A stretch of DNA of 64,000 nucleotides from an uncultured Actinomycetota bacterium (GCA_963743915.1 CAVURN010000005.1:96001-160000), one strand, 5' to 3'. Shown: positions 1 to 12,088, counted from the stretch's first letter. The notes: generated from the sequence alone by a model not told the origin. Program-made: numbers and translations.

Positions 1-284
1 ACCTGTTCGACCCCGACACCGGTCTGTGGCGGCACCGGGCGGCGTCGGTCGACGTCCCCCTCCGGTTGACCGACCTCGGCTATGACGCCGCCGGTGTGCT
101 CACGCAACCCGCCGCCCCTGAGCGCGCCGATGCCGCCGTGCTGGAGGAGTACCTGGCCGAGGCGGAGCGGCTCCGAGCGTTGCGGGCGTCCGCCGAGCCC
201 AGCGGTGACGCACACGTCACCGACGACTTCGACGCGCTGCGGTGGTTCGAGCTGCCGGTCGTCTCGCTGCCCAGCCGGGACTAG
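1..284 (+). CDS. 3' end of a CDS truncated by the window edge, possibly a class-V PLP aminotransferase-fold protein
   Basis: Frame is open from the window start (LFDPDTGLWRHR...DFDALRWFELP) to TAG at 284; family assignment is by recalled similarity only. Confidence 0.45.
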   Translation, partial: LFDPDTGLWRHRAASVDVPLRLTDLGYDAAGVLTQPAAPERADAAVLEEYLAEAERLRALRASAEPSGDAHVTDDFDALRWFELPVVSLPSRD

Positions 285-1425
285 CGCAGCGTCAGCTGCC
301 GGCCGTACCGGGTGAGGCGGGACCAGGACCCGGCACCCTCGTTGCCGAGCGCCCAGATCGCGATCCCCCGCAGACGGTGACGCTGGACCAGCCCCACCTT
401 GGCCTGCAGCGAGCGCGCGTCGTCGTACCAGACGACCCGCTTCGCCCGACAGGTGCGGTCACCGGCGGAGTACTTCTGGGTGTACGTGAAGTACCGGCTC
501 GTCGCGTCCTTGCGCCAGATCGGCTTCTTGCCGATCGAAGCGGCGAAGTCCTCCATCTCGGCAGACGTCCGCGAGAGGGTGGTCTTCGCCGACGCCGGGC
601 ACTGCCCGGAGAGCGTCCCCCCGAACCAGTCCCGCCCGTAGGCCGGCATGCCGATCGAGATCTTGCGCGGGTTGATCCGTCGGCTGGCGAAGGACGCCAC
701 GTCGTTGACCCACGACTTCGGCGCGATCGGCCCAGGAGGGCCACCCGTCCCAGTGGAAGTCGTAGGTCATGATGCGGATCCGGTCAGCCGCCTTGCCGAG
801 TCGGCTGTAGTTGTACACCCACCAGTTGGGGTCGCCGGCCGACGTGCGCGAAGCCACCGTCACCGTCAGCCGACGGCCCTGCTTCTGCAGCTTGCGCTCG
901 AGCTGGCCGACGAAGACCGGGTAGTACTTGCGCGCGGTCGCCTGGTCCGCGTCGGAGCCGAAGTTGATCGACTCGTAGTCGAGGTCGAGCCCGGCGACGT
1001 CCCACCGGGCGGCGAGCTGGGCCAGTGCCTGGACGTGGGCGGACCGACGGGTCGGGTTCGACACGATGTCGGCGAACTCTCCGGCCGACAGTCCCGTCGA
1101 GACGGTGGGCACCACCGGCACACCGGCCTGGCGGAGGGAGGCTCGCATGTGACGCCACTCGTCCAGGTCGTCGGTCAGGACGATCCGCGACGCCGAGTCC
1201 GCGCGGAACACGAACGGAGACGCCTCTTGGAAGACCGGCGCATTCCTGACGACGGTGCGCGTCGACGCCGCTGCTGTTCCAGTACGGGAGCCAGCCGGTC
1301 ACGTACGGCTCGGGATCACGCTGACCTGCGGACGCCGGGGGCGCCACCGTGGCGAGGACACCGACCGCGGCCATGACGGCGAGCCCGGTCGAGAGCAGAG
1401 GGCGGGTCCGGCGTGAGAGGCTCAT
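281..1425 (-). CDS. Secreted glycoside hydrolase family 18 protein (frameshifted near 1260 and 745)
   Basis: Signal peptide MSLSRRTRPLL...ASA, GWLPYW, catalytic GLDLDYE (DxDxE), IMTYD, GMPAYG, GIAIWALG, spread over three ORF pieces. Confidence 0.85.
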
Positions 1426-1488
1426 CGCCCCAACGTCGGCGGAACGATCTTGGCTCTTGAGAGCCCACCCGCGCGGTTGTCGGCGCAC

Positions 1489-2664
1489 CTAGCGGTGCCT
1501 CCCGGACCAGCTCCAGGGATAGTCCGGGTCGTCGGCCTCGAGGGCGGCGGGACCGAGCTCCAGCGGACGGAAGGTGTCCACCATCACCGCCGTCTCGTCG
1601 GTGGCCTCGACGCCGAGACTCGCCTCCACGGCACCGGGCTGCGGACCGTGGGTGCAGCCGCTCGGGTGGAGCGTCAGCGACCCCTGCCCGATCCCCGACC
1701 CACGTCGGCTCGTGAACTCCCCGCCGACGTAGAACAGCACCTCGTCGGAGTCGACGTTGGCGTGGTTGTACGGCGTCGGGATCGCCAACGGGTGGTAGTC
1801 GAGCTTGCGGGGCACGAAGGAGCAGACCACGAAGTTGGGACCGGCGAAGGTCTGGTGCACGGTGGGCGGCTGGTGCACCCGACCGGTGATCGGTTCGAAG
1901 TCGTCGATGTTGAACGCGTACGGGTACAGGGCACCGTCCCAGCCCACGACGTCGAACGGATGGTGCGCGTACACGAATCGCGAGAGCCCGCCCCGCGTGC
2001 GCACCACGACCTCCACCTCCTCGCCCTCGACCGTCAGCGGCTCGGTCGGTGCCCGCAGGTCGCGTTCGCAGAAGGGCGAGTGCTCGAGGAACTGCCCGCG
2101 TTTCGACAGGTAACGGGCCGGCGGCCCGACGTGCCCGGTCGCCTCGACGACGAGCAGACGAAGCGGCTCGCCAGGAGCGGGGAGCACCCGGTAGGTGGTG
2201 GACGTGGGCAGCACCACGTAGTCGCCACGACCCACGGTCAGCGCACCGAAGACGGTCTCGACCGTCGCCTCGCCGGCCTCGACGTAGAGCAGCTCGTCGC
2301 CGATCCCGTTGCGGTAGAGCGGGGACGCCTCGCGCGCCACGCAGTAGGACAGCCGCACGTCGCCGTTGCCGAAGAGGAGCCGCCGTCCGCCGACGGCGTC
2401 GTCGGCCGGACCGACCTCGACCTTGTGCGCGCGGATGTGCCGCGGCGTCAGGGGGTGGTTCGGTCGCAGGTCCTGGGGCGTCGGCTCCTGCCAAGCCTCG
2501 ATCGACACCACGGCCGTCGGCAGGTGGCCGTGGTACAGCAGGGCCGACTCGCTGGAGAAGCCCTCCTGCCCCATCAGCTCTTCTGCGTACAGGCCGCCGT
2601 CGGGCCGGCGGAACTGGGTGTGACGCTTGCGGGGAACCTCACCCACGACGCGGTAGTGCGGCAC
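1489..2664 (-). CDS. hmgA: Homogentisate 1,2-dioxygenase
   Basis: PRKRHTQF, HHPFDVVGWDG, PYNHANVDSDEVLFY, HPSGCTHGP, VMVDTF; next to fahA. Confidence 0.95.
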   Translation of the reverse strand: MPHYRVVGEVPRKRHTQFRRPDGGLYAEELMGQEGFSSESALLYHGHLPTAVVSIEAWQEPTPQDLRPNHPLTPRHIRAHKVEVGPADDAVGGRRLLFGNGDVRLSYCVAREASPLYRNGIGDELLYVEAGEATVETVFGALTVGRGDYVVLPTSTTYRVLPAPGEPLRLLVVEATGHVGPPARYLSKRGQFLEHSPFCERDLRAPTEPLTVEGEEVEVVVRTRGGLSRFVYAHHPFDVVGWDGALYPYAFNIDDFEPITGRVHQPPTVHQTFAGPNFVVCSFVPRKLDYHPLAIPTPYNHANVDSDEVLFYVGGEFTSRRGSGIGQGSLTLHPSGCTHGPQPGAVEASLGVEATDETAVMVDTFRPLELGPAALEADDPDYPWSWSGRHR

Positions 2665-2736
2665 CTTGCTCCTCCCTCGAGCCCTCCGGACGACGCCCCT
2701 TGGGGCCCTTCTCGACCTTCCGCTACCGTCGCAAGG

Positions 2737-3556
2737 GTGTCAAGACTGGCTGGGCTGACCGCGGCGCTCATCGACGATGCCGCCGTCTTCCCTCCGGGGG
2801 ACGCTCCGCTCGCCGACGCCGTCGCGGCCGCCTACGGCCGGGCTGACGGCCCCACCGAGCAGCTGGTCGGCCCCCTCCTGGTGCCGGCGTCCGCCACCGC
2901 CCGTCTGCGTGAGCTGGCTGACCCGCAGCGGATCTTGCGGGTCGCCCTGATCGGCGACACCGGCCTCGAGGGGCTCGAGGCGGCCCGGGACGCGCTCCAG
3001 GACGACCCGTGGATCGAGCTCGCCCATGTGGAGCTGGCCGTCCCGCGCGACCCTGATCCCGCACGCGCCACGGCGCACCTGCTCGAGCGGCTCTCGTTCA
3101 CCGTGCCGGCCTACCTCGAGCTGCCCGTCGACCAGGACCCACGACCAGCGCTCGCGGTCCTCGCCGCGGACGGCGTCGAACGCGCCAAGTTCCGCTGCGG
3201 ACCGGACGTGATCCCCGCGACCGCCAGACCTGGCCCGGGCGCTCTCCGCCGCTGTGGCCGCGAACGTGCCCTTCAAGCTCACCGGTGGCCTGCACCATGC
3301 GCTCCCCACCGTCGAAGGTGGTGTCCGGCACCACGGTTTCCTCAACGCCCTGGCCGCCACGGCCCTCGCCCTCGCCGGGGCGGACGGGGACCACCTGGTC
3401 GCGGTGCTGGACAGCTCCGACGTCACGACGGTGCTCGCCGCCCTCGACACCGCCGACGTCGGACGCGTGCGCCGTCAGTTCCGCTCCTTCGGCTCGTGCA
3501 GCATCGCCGAGCCGTTCGACGACCTGGTCCGACTGGGCCTACAGGAGGAGTCGTGA
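2737..3556 (+). CDS. Uncharacterised protein coupled to fahA (frameshift near 3225)
   Basis: LIDDAAVFPPG...AKFRCG / FKLTGGLHH...HGFLN...SFGSCSIAEP; its stop overlaps the fahA start (GTGA). Confidence 0.8.
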
Positions 3557-4776
3557 AGCCGTCGTGGATCCCCGGAGCCGACGGCTCCGAGTTCTCGTCC
3601 GCCACCCTTCCCCTGGGGCTGGCCCGTCTGCCGCACGACGGCGAACCCCGGCTGGTCACCCGAGTCGGGGACCAGGTGCTCGACCTGCACGCGCTGGCGG
3701 AAGGCGGGGCACTGCCCCCGGAGCTGTCGGCCCGGGTGCTGAACCCTCTGCTGGCCGCAGGGCGCGCCACGTGGGTCGCGACCCGCACGAGCCTGGTCGA
3801 CCTCGTCACCGATCCCTCCCACCAGGCGCTGGTGACGCCCCACCTGGTGCCGCTCCGGGACGCAGAGCTGCTGCTCCCCTTCGACGTCGCGGACTACGTC
3901 GACTTCTACTCCTCCGAGCAGCACGCGCGGAACGTCAGCGCCATCTTCCGCCCCGAGTCACCGGACCTGCCCGAGAACTGGAAGCACGTGCCGATCGGCT
4001 ACCACGGGCGCGCAGGGACGGTGGTCGTCAGCGGCACACCGGTGCGACGCCCACGGGGACAGCAGCGGCCGCGCGGGGCCGCTGAGCCCTCGTTCGGTCC
4101 GAGCCGAAGGTTGGACATCGAAGCCGAGGTCGGCTTCGTCGTCGGGACGCCGACCTCGATCGGGAGCAGTGTCCGGCCGTCCGACTTCTCCGACCACGTG
4201 TTCGGGGTCGTCCTCGTCAACGACTGGTCGGCACGCGACATCCAGGCGTGGGAGTACGTGCCACTGGGACCGTTCCTGGGCAAGTCGTTCGCCACCTCGG
4301 TCTCCCCGTGGGTGGTCCCGCTCGATGCGCTGGACGCCGCCCGACGTCCGCTCGGTGAGCAGGACCCTGCCGTCTTCGACTACCTCAGCGACCCTGAACC
4401 GTGGTGCCTCGACCTGCGTCTGACCGTGCGGCTCAACGGCACCGTCGTCTCCGAGCCGCCCTTCGCGACGCAGTACTGGTCGCCCGGTCAGCAGCTGGCC
4501 CACCTCACCGTCAACGGCGCATCCCTTCGGACGGGCGACCTGTACGCGTCCGGCACCGTCACCGGTCCGGACCGCCGCCAGCGTGGCTCCTTCCTCGAGC
4601 TGAGCTGGGGTGGATCGGAGCCGTTCGCGCTCGACGACGGCTCGACGCGCACCTTCCTCGAGGACGGCGACACGGTGTCGATCAGTGCGTGGGCACCGGG
4701 CCCCGATGGCACCCGGATCGGCTTCGGCGAGGTGGTTGGAACCGTCACGCCTGCTCTGACCGCGGACGAGGGGTGA
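3553..4776 (+). CDS. fahA: Fumarylacetoacetase
   Basis: DYVDFYSSEQHA, PIGYHGRAGTV, LDIEAE, NDWSARDIQAWEYVPLGPFLGKSF; GGAGGAG RBS. Confidence 0.95.
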   Translation: MKPSWIPGADGSEFSSATLPLGLARLPHDGEPRLVTRVGDQVLDLHALAEGGALPPELSARVLNPLLAAGRATWVATRTSLVDLVTDPSHQALVTPHLVPLRDAELLLPFDVADYVDFYSSEQHARNVSAIFRPESPDLPENWKHVPIGYHGRAGTVVVSGTPVRRPRGQQRPRGAAEPSFGPSRRLDIEAEVGFVVGTPTSIGSSVRPSDFSDHVFGVVLVNDWSARDIQAWEYVPLGPFLGKSFATSVSPWVVPLDALDAARRPLGEQDPAVFDYLSDPEPWCLDLRLTVRLNGTVVSEPPFATQYWSPGQQLAHLTVNGASLRTGDLYASGTVTGPDRRQRGSFLELSWGGSEPFALDDGSTRTFLEDGDTVSISAWAPGPDGTRIGFGEVVGTVTPALTADEG

Positions 4777-4780
4777 CGGG

Positions 4781-5243
4781 ATGCCGACCGTCACTGCGAC
4801 CCGCACCATCGAGGCGCCCGATCTCCCGCGTCTGGGCGGTGTTCACCGATCTCGAGTCCAGTCCGGAGCACCTGAGCGCCGTCGAGGACGTCGAGCTGCT
4901 GACCGACGGACCGTTCGCCGTCGGTACCACCTGGCGTGAGACGCGGAAGATGTTCGGTCGCACGGCCACCGAGGAGATGCAGGTCACGGCTCTGGAGCAG
5001 CAGGTTTCCTACGACGTCGGAGCCGTGAGCCAGGGCACGACCTACGTCTCACGCTTCGACTTCCGCGAGATCGACCCGAACACGACCGAGGTGCGCTTCA
5101 CGTTCACCGGGGAGACGCAAGGAGGCGTGCGGAAGGCCATCAGTGCCGTCATGTGGCCGCTCTTCCGGGGCAAGGTCGCCAAGGAGCTCCGGCGCGACCT
5201 CGACGATCTCGCCGAGGTCTGTGAGAAGCACAGCAGAGCATGA
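4781..5243 (+). CDS. SRPBCC (START-like) family protein (frameshift near 4820)
   Basis: MPTVTATRTIEAP / VWAVFTDLE...GTTWRETRKMFG...DLDDLA. Confidence 0.8.
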
Positions 5244-5289
5244 GGTGTGCGTGGCCGAGACCTCACCCAGGGGGACACTCGGCGAGCCG

Positions 5290-6711
5290 TCAGCGGGGGT
5301 CTGCGGGCTTGTCGCCGTCGACGAGCCATTGCCGGAACAACCGGTCGAGCTGTTGGTCCGAGATCCGCTCAGCGAGCCGCTTGAAGTCGCCCGTCCCGGC
5401 GTTGCCCCCCTCGTGGATCCGCGGCCACGCGCGCATGATCCGCCAGAACGGGCGGTCCCCGACGGTCAGGCGCAGGGCGTGGAGCGCCATCGCGCCCCGG
5501 TAGTAGATCGGCGAGTCGAACATGCTCGGGTACCCGGGGTCGGCGACGGTCAGCTTCCAGAAGTCACTGCTCGCCGGACGGGAGAAGGCTTGATCGAACT
5601 GAGCGGCCACCGAGCGGCTTGCGTCGTGCGCGGACCACATCCACTGGGCGTAGGTGGCGAAACCCTCATTGAGCCAGATGTGACGCCACCGCGTGACGGC
5701 CACACTGTCTCCGAACCACTGGTGCGCGAGCTCGTGCGCCACGGTGGACTCGAGGCCGGACCACTCAGCGGTCGCCTTGTCGTAGGTGGGACGGGTCTGG
5801 TTCTCGAGTGCGTAGTAGCTGTCGTGGGTGTCTGCGATCCCACCGGCAGCCTCGAACGGGTACTGACCGAAGCGACGGGTGAAGAAGTCGACCATCTCCC
5901 CGCCCCGGGCCAAGCTCCGGTCGACCCGCTTCGGGAGTCCACGGTCGACGAAGTTCAGGACGGGCACCCCGTGGGCGGACCTCGAGCGGTCGAACCGCCA
6001 CTTGCCGATCGCGAGCGTCGCAAGGTAGGACGCCATCGGGTCCCGGGCACACCACGACCACGTCGTCCAGCCCGCACCGGTGCTCGGCGGTGCAGCCGGA
6101 AGCCCGTTGGCCACCGCGCGCAGGCCCTTGGGCACCGTGGCGTCGACGCAGATGCGCGCCTTGTCGCTCGGGTGCTCGTTCACCGGGAACCAGAACATTC
6201 CCGCTTCGGGCTCGCCCACCACGATCGCGCCGTCGTTGGTCAGGAACCAGCCGGACGCCCCGAGGTCAGGGTCCAGGTAGAGGTCCGGTGTGCCCCCGTA
6301 CTCGACCACCGTCGTGAAGGTCGTTCCGTCCACGATCCCTGACGCCGGTTGCACGGTGAGCTCGTGCTTGCCGGACGCCGTGGTCGTGGCCGCGGCACCG
6401 TCGACGGTGGCGCTGGAGGCAGCCAGCCCGTAGAGGTCGAAGTTGAACCTCGACAGGTTCTGCGTCGCCTTGGCCTTGATGGTCGCGGTCCCGTCGAGCT
6501 GGTGGGTGTCGGGGTCGTACCGGACCTCGAGGTCGTAGCGCAGCACCTGGTAGCCGCCGTTGCCCTCGGTGGGAACGTACGGGTCGCCTATGCCCTTGGC
6601 GCCGGCGGTGAAGGCCACGCCCGCCGAGGCCGCGCCCAGCCCGAGCAGCGGAGCGGCGACGGCGAGCCCCAGTGCGAGGGCAAGGGGTCGGTGAGCAGCT
6701 CCGATCCTCAC
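5290..6711 (-). CDS. Secreted M1 family metallopeptidase
   Basis: Signal peptide, ALENQT, HELAHQWFG-x-WLNEGFA zinc motif, YYRGA. Confidence 0.92.
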   Translation of the reverse strand: MRIGAAHRPLALALGLAVAAPLLGLGAASAGVAFTAGAKGIGDPYVPTEGNGGYQVLRYDLEVRYDPDTHQLDGTATIKAKATQNLSRFNFDLYGLAASSATVDGAAATTTASGKHELTVQPASGIVDGTTFTTVVEYGGTPDLYLDPDLGASGWFLTNDGAIVVGEPEAGMFWFPVNEHPSDKARICVDATVPKGLRAVANGLPAAPPSTGAGWTTWSWCARDPMASYLATLAIGKWRFDRSRSAHGVPVLNFVDRGLPKRVDRSLARGGEMVDFFTRRFGQYPFEAAGGIADTHDSYYALENQTRPTYDKATAEWSGLESTVAHELAHQWFGDSVAVTRWRHIWLNEGFATYAQWMWSAHDASRSVAAQFDQAFSRPASSDFWKLTVADPGYPSMFDSPIYYRGAMALHALRLTVGDRPFWRIMRAWPRIHEGGNAGTGDFKRLAERISDQQLDRLFRQWLVDGDKPADPR

Positions 6712-6783
6712 GAAGGAACCCTTTCGTCGTGGTCAGCCGACCCTAGCCCCTCGTCGGCGTCCCTCGGTCACACGTGACCTGCC

Positions 6784-7416
6784 TCAGCTCCCGGCGTCGA
6801 GCAGGAGGGCGGGGAGTGACGCGCCGAACCAGGCGACGACGTCGTCGTGGCTCCAGCCACGGTCGTGGGTCAGGAGGTGATAGGTGGTGTCCCCGAAGAC
6901 CACCAGCAGCACATCTGTCGCACTCTCGACCGTCAAGCCGGCTCGGACTCTTCCCTTGGTGGAAAGCACCTCGATCACCTCGCGGAAGCCCTCAGCACGC
7001 ATCCGCTCGTGGAACTCGTAGGTGCGCCGCACCTCGTCGTCGGTCAACGAAGCAGCCCGGAGAATCTCCGACAGCGCACTGGCGCGCTGGAACAGCACCG
7101 CTGCGCCGCGCACGAAGTGGCGCAGCGCGCGGCCCGCGTCGTCCTCAGCCACCATCGCCTGCCACCACTCGGTGTCCTGCGGGATGACCGGGTCCTCCTC
7201 GCCCATCACGAGCTGGTCGATGACCGCACTGATCAGCGCCGCCTTCGTGTGGAACACGTAGTAGACCGTCTGGGTCGCCACGCCTGCCCGCGCGGCGATC
7301 GAGGCGACCGTGGCCCCGTGATAGCCCTTCTCGATGAACTCGTCGTGAGCGGCGCGAAGAATCGCGCGACGGGTCGCGGCCGCCTTCTCTCGGCGTGACC
7401 CCTTGACCTGCGACAT
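6784..7416 (-). CDS. TetR family transcriptional regulator
   Basis: N-terminal HTH (TVASIAARAGVATQTVYYVFHTK); divergent from a membrane-protein gene. Confidence 0.92.
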   Translation of the reverse strand: MSQVKGSRREKAAATRRAILRAAHDEFIEKGYHGATVASIAARAGVATQTVYYVFHTKAALISAVIDQLVMGEEDPVIPQDTEWWQAMVAEDDAGRALRHFVRGAAVLFQRASALSEILRAASLTDDEVRRTYEFHERMRAEGFREVIEVLSTKGRVRAGLTVESATDVLLVVFGDTTYHLLTHDRGWSHDDVVAWFGASLPALLLDAGS

Positions 7417-7441
7417 CACCGGCCACACTATAGGCGCAATG

Positions 7442-7460
7442 ACTAGAGCATGACTCTAGT
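7442..7460. promoter_or_regulatory. Probable TetR operator ACTAGAG-N5-CTCTAGT
   Basis: Perfect 7-bp inverted repeat in the short divergent intergenic region. Confidence 0.7.
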
Positions 7461-7474
7461 GAAGGAGTCTAATC

Positions 7475-8119
7475 ATGTTCGTGTCCTCTCCCACCACCAC
7501 CACCACGCGCACGAACCTGCGCACACCAGGGCTGCTGTGCCTCGCCGCCGGTTTGCTCGGCGCGGCGTCGGGACTCTTCCTGGCGTACGTCGAACCCCAG
7601 GTGCCCGACAGCAGGTTCAGCTATCCCCTCGACACTGCCGGCTTCGTCGCGATCCAGATCTGGTTCGTCCTCCAGCACCTGGGGCTGCTCGCAGGCCAGT
7701 GGGCCCTGCGTCAGAGCGGAGTGTCCGGCAGGAGCAGGGCGGCCGCCGCCGGCCACCTGATCGGGATGGGAGGCATGGCCCTGCTCACGCTCACCGAGCT
7801 GCTCGCGATCTCGGCGTCCGAGTCGCCCTACCCCAGCTCTCGCACCGATGTCCTCGACGCCCTCTACGGCGTCTCCTGCATCGCCCTCGGTGTCGGCCTG
7901 ACGATGGTCGGAGCCATGGTCGTACGGGAACGCCGCTGGAGCGGATGGCGGCGCTGGCTGCCGCTGACCTTGGGCGTCTGGGTGTTCGTTCCCATGACCC
8001 CGGCCATGCTCGCCGGCTTCCTGCCGGCGCGACTGGCGATCAGCGCCTGGATGCTTCTGTTCGCAGCGCTCGGGTGGGCCCTGATCCGCCATGGGGACGT
8101 GGGCGAGGCAAACCGCTGA
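7475..8119 (+). CDS. Multi-pass membrane protein of unknown function
   Basis: About six hydrophobic segments; AAGGAG RBS. Confidence 0.8.
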   Translation: MFVSSPTTTTTRTNLRTPGLLCLAAGLLGAASGLFLAYVEPQVPDSRFSYPLDTAGFVAIQIWFVLQHLGLLAGQWALRQSGVSGRSRAAAAGHLIGMGGMALLTLTELLAISASESPYPSSRTDVLDALYGVSCIALGVGLTMVGAMVVRERRWSGWRRWLPLTLGVWVFVPMTPAMLAGFLPARLAISAWMLLFAALGWALIRHGDVGEANR

Positions 8120-8128
8120 CCGACGTCC

Positions 8129-9828
<1,700 letters not shown>

Positions 9829-9840
9829 CGAACCCCCCGC

Positions 9841-9908
9841 TGATCGGAGCGTTTCAGTCACCTCCGGAGCATCAGAGCGCCTTGGAGATGACTGAGATGC
9901 TCCGATCA
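9841..9908. terminator. Long imperfect hairpin between convergent genes
   Basis: 9841-9867 pairs with 9882-9908 (27 bp; 4 G-U pairs and 1 mismatch on the + strand RNA). Confidence 0.6.
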
Positions 9909-9918
9909 CCGCACGGGG

Positions 9919-10485
9919 TCAGACGGACTGAGCGAGGCGCTTGAGCTGGAACGACCCCAGCACCTCGATGATGCCCAGGACGACCAGCCACAGACCCGTC
10001 ACCCAGACGAGGGCCTCGAGGGTGATGGCCGGCCAGGCGAGCACGACGAGCCCGGCGACCAGGCTCAGCGCTCCGATGAAGATGGCCCAGCCGCGGGCCG
10101 GCATGCCCGGGTTCGCCAGGCCTTCCACCAGCTCGGCGATGCCGCGGATGACCCAGCCCAGTCCGATGAGCAGCGCAAGGATGTCGACGGCATGGGTGGT
10201 GTCGCGCAGCGCTGCGATGCCGAGGATCACGGCGAACAGTCCGGCGATGGCGGAGAACACCCGCATTCCGGCGCCACCAGTCTCAGGCTGGAAGCTCGAC
10301 ACGATCATGAACAGCCCGGCGAGGATCAGGTAGATGCCGGTGACGACGGCGAAGAACACCACTGACTGCTCAGTGAAGACCATCAACAGCACGCCGAGCA
10401 CGATCGACGCGAGGCCGAAGAACAGGACCACGCCGAACGAGCGACCGAGGACGCTCTGGACCGAATCGACCGTCGGTGCACTCAT
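9919..10485 (-). CDS. HdeD/DUF308 family membrane protein
   Basis: Repeated G-rich TM hairpins (GLASIVLG..., GALSLVAGLVVLAWP). Confidence 0.85.
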   Translation of the reverse strand: MSAPTVDSVQSVLGRSFGVVLFFGLASIVLGVLLMVFTEQSVVFFAVVTGIYLILAGLFMIVSSFQPETGGAGMRVFSAIAGLFAVILGIAALRDTTHAVDILALLIGLGWVIRGIAELVEGLANPGMPARGWAIFIGALSLVAGLVVLAWPAITLEALVWVTGLWLVVLGIIEVLGSFQLKRLAQSV

Positions 10486-11231
10486 AGTCGTCGCGCCTCC
10501 GTCACGCGGTGCAGGAAGCGCCGGGTGCGTTCCTGCGTCGGCTCGGAGAGTACCTGCTCCGGCGGCCCGAGCTCGGCAACCTCGCCGCCGTCGAGGAAGG
10601 CGACACGCGTAGCGATCTCGCGAGCGAACCCCATCTCGTGGGTCGCCAGCATCATCGTGAGGCCGGCGTCCTTGAGGTCGCGGATGACGTTGAGCACCTC
10701 CCCCACCAGCTCGGGGTCCAGCGCCGACGTGATCTCGTCGAACAGCATGATCTTCGGCTGCATCGCCAGCGCCCGGACGATCGCCACCCGCTGCTGCTGC
10801 CCACCGGAGAGCCGGTCGGGGTAGTCGGCTGCCTTGTCGGCCAGGCCGAACCGGGTCAGCAGCTCCATGCCCGCGGCCTCGGCCTCGTCCTTTCCGCGCC
10901 CGAGCACCTTGCGCGGCGCGAGGGTGATGTTGTCGATGACGCTGCGGTGCGGGAAGAGGTTGAACGACTGGAAGACGATGCCGATCGAGCGCCGCGCCTC
11001 GTTCGCGTCAAAGCCCGGCCAGGAGATGTCCTGACCCTCGAGCAGGATCGCTCCCGCATCGATCGGCTCGAGCAGGTCGATGCAGCGCAACAACGTCGAC
11101 TTGCCGCAGCCGGAGGGGCCGATGAGCGCCACCACCTCGTGCTCATCGATGTCGAGGCTGACGCCCCGCAGCACGGCATTGTCGCCGAAGGACTTGTGCA
11201 CCTCACGCACCTGCAGCGCGGGCGGGCTCAC
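10482..11231 (-). CDS. Polar amino acid ABC transporter ATP-binding protein
   Basis: GPSGCGKS, LSGGQQQR, MLFDEITSALDPE, THEM. Confidence 0.95.
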   Translation of the reverse strand: MSPPALQVREVHKSFGDNAVLRGVSLDIDEHEVVALIGPSGCGKSTLLRCIDLLEPIDAGAILLEGQDISWPGFDANEARRSIGIVFQSFNLFPHRSVIDNITLAPRKVLGRGKDEAEAAGMELLTRFGLADKAADYPDRLSGGQQQRVAIVRALAMQPKIMLFDEITSALDPELVGEVLNVIRDLKDAGLTMMLATHEMGFAREIATRVAFLDGGEVAELGPPEQVLSEPTQERTRRFLHRVTEARRL

Positions 11232-12088
11232 ACCGCACCGCCAGTGGCTTGGCTGCGGCGGCGTTGTCGCTCGGCCATCCAGTCTGCGTATCGCGAGAGC
11301 GGGACGGTCAGCAGGATGTAGAAGCAGGCGGCGATCACCAGCGGCGTGAAGTCGAAGTACAGCGCTTGCTCGATCTGTGCGGCCCGGAACATCTCGACCG
11401 CGCCGACCAGTGCCACCAGTGCGGTGTCCTTCTGCAGGGCGATGAAGTCGTTCAGCAGTGGCGGGATGACTCGCCGCACCGCCTGCGGAACCACGACGAA
11501 ACGCAGGCTCTGGTACTGGTTGAGCCCCAGTGCGCGCGCCGCGGCGCGCTGGCTGGGGTGCACGGACTCGAGGCCTGCCCGCAGCACCTCGCTGACGTAC
11601 GCGGAGTAGGACACCACGAGAGCGAGCCACGCCCAGAAGACCGCTCGGTCCGGCAGCCCTTGCAGGTTGAGGGCAGGAATCCCGAACCCGAAGAGCAGAA
11701 TCAGCAGGATCGTGGGGATCCCTCGGATGACGTCTGCGTAGGCGACGGCCATCAGCCGAAAGGGCGTGAAGATCGGTGCCTTGAGCCCGCGGACGACGGC
11801 GAGCAGCAGTCCGATCAGCAGAATGAGGGGCTCGGCCGTGACGAACAGGATCACGGTCAGCTTCAGACCCTCGAGGATTCGCGGCAGCGCATCCCCGACA
11901 TGCGCCCGGTTGAAGAAGGCCTCCTGTACGGCTGGCCACCCCGGCGACGACAGGACGAGCGCGACGAGCACTCCCAGCACCACGACGGTGCTGACCGTCG
12001 AGATCGTGACGTTCCTGCGGCGCGCACGCCCGATGGCTGCGAGCCGCTCCGGGTCGTGGACCGGAACGGCCCCTGCCACGGGCGTCAT
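11228..12088 (-). CDS. Polar amino acid ABC transporter permease
   Basis: IRGIP, YSAYVSEVLRAG, EAA-like loop, KDTALV. Confidence 0.95.
   Translation of the reverse strand: MTPVAGAVPVHDPERLAAIGRARRRNVTISTVSTVVVLGVLVALVLSSPGWPAVQEAFFNRAHVGDALPRILEGLKLTVILFVTAEPLILLIGLLLAVVRGLKAPIFTPFRLMAVAYADVIRGIPTILLILLFGFGIPALNLQGLPDRAVFWAWLALVVSYSAYVSEVLRAGLESVHPSQRAAARALGLNQYQSLRFVVVPQAVRRVIPPLLNDFIALQKDTALVALVGAVEMFRAAQIEQALYFDFTPLVIAACFYILLTVPLSRYADWMAERQRRRSQATGGAV

Noticed and set aside
1450-4776. 1108-aa ORF that looks like a fahA fusion
   Set aside because: Made of antisense hmgA read-through plus the frameshifted upstream gene; fahA has its own RBS and GTG at 3553
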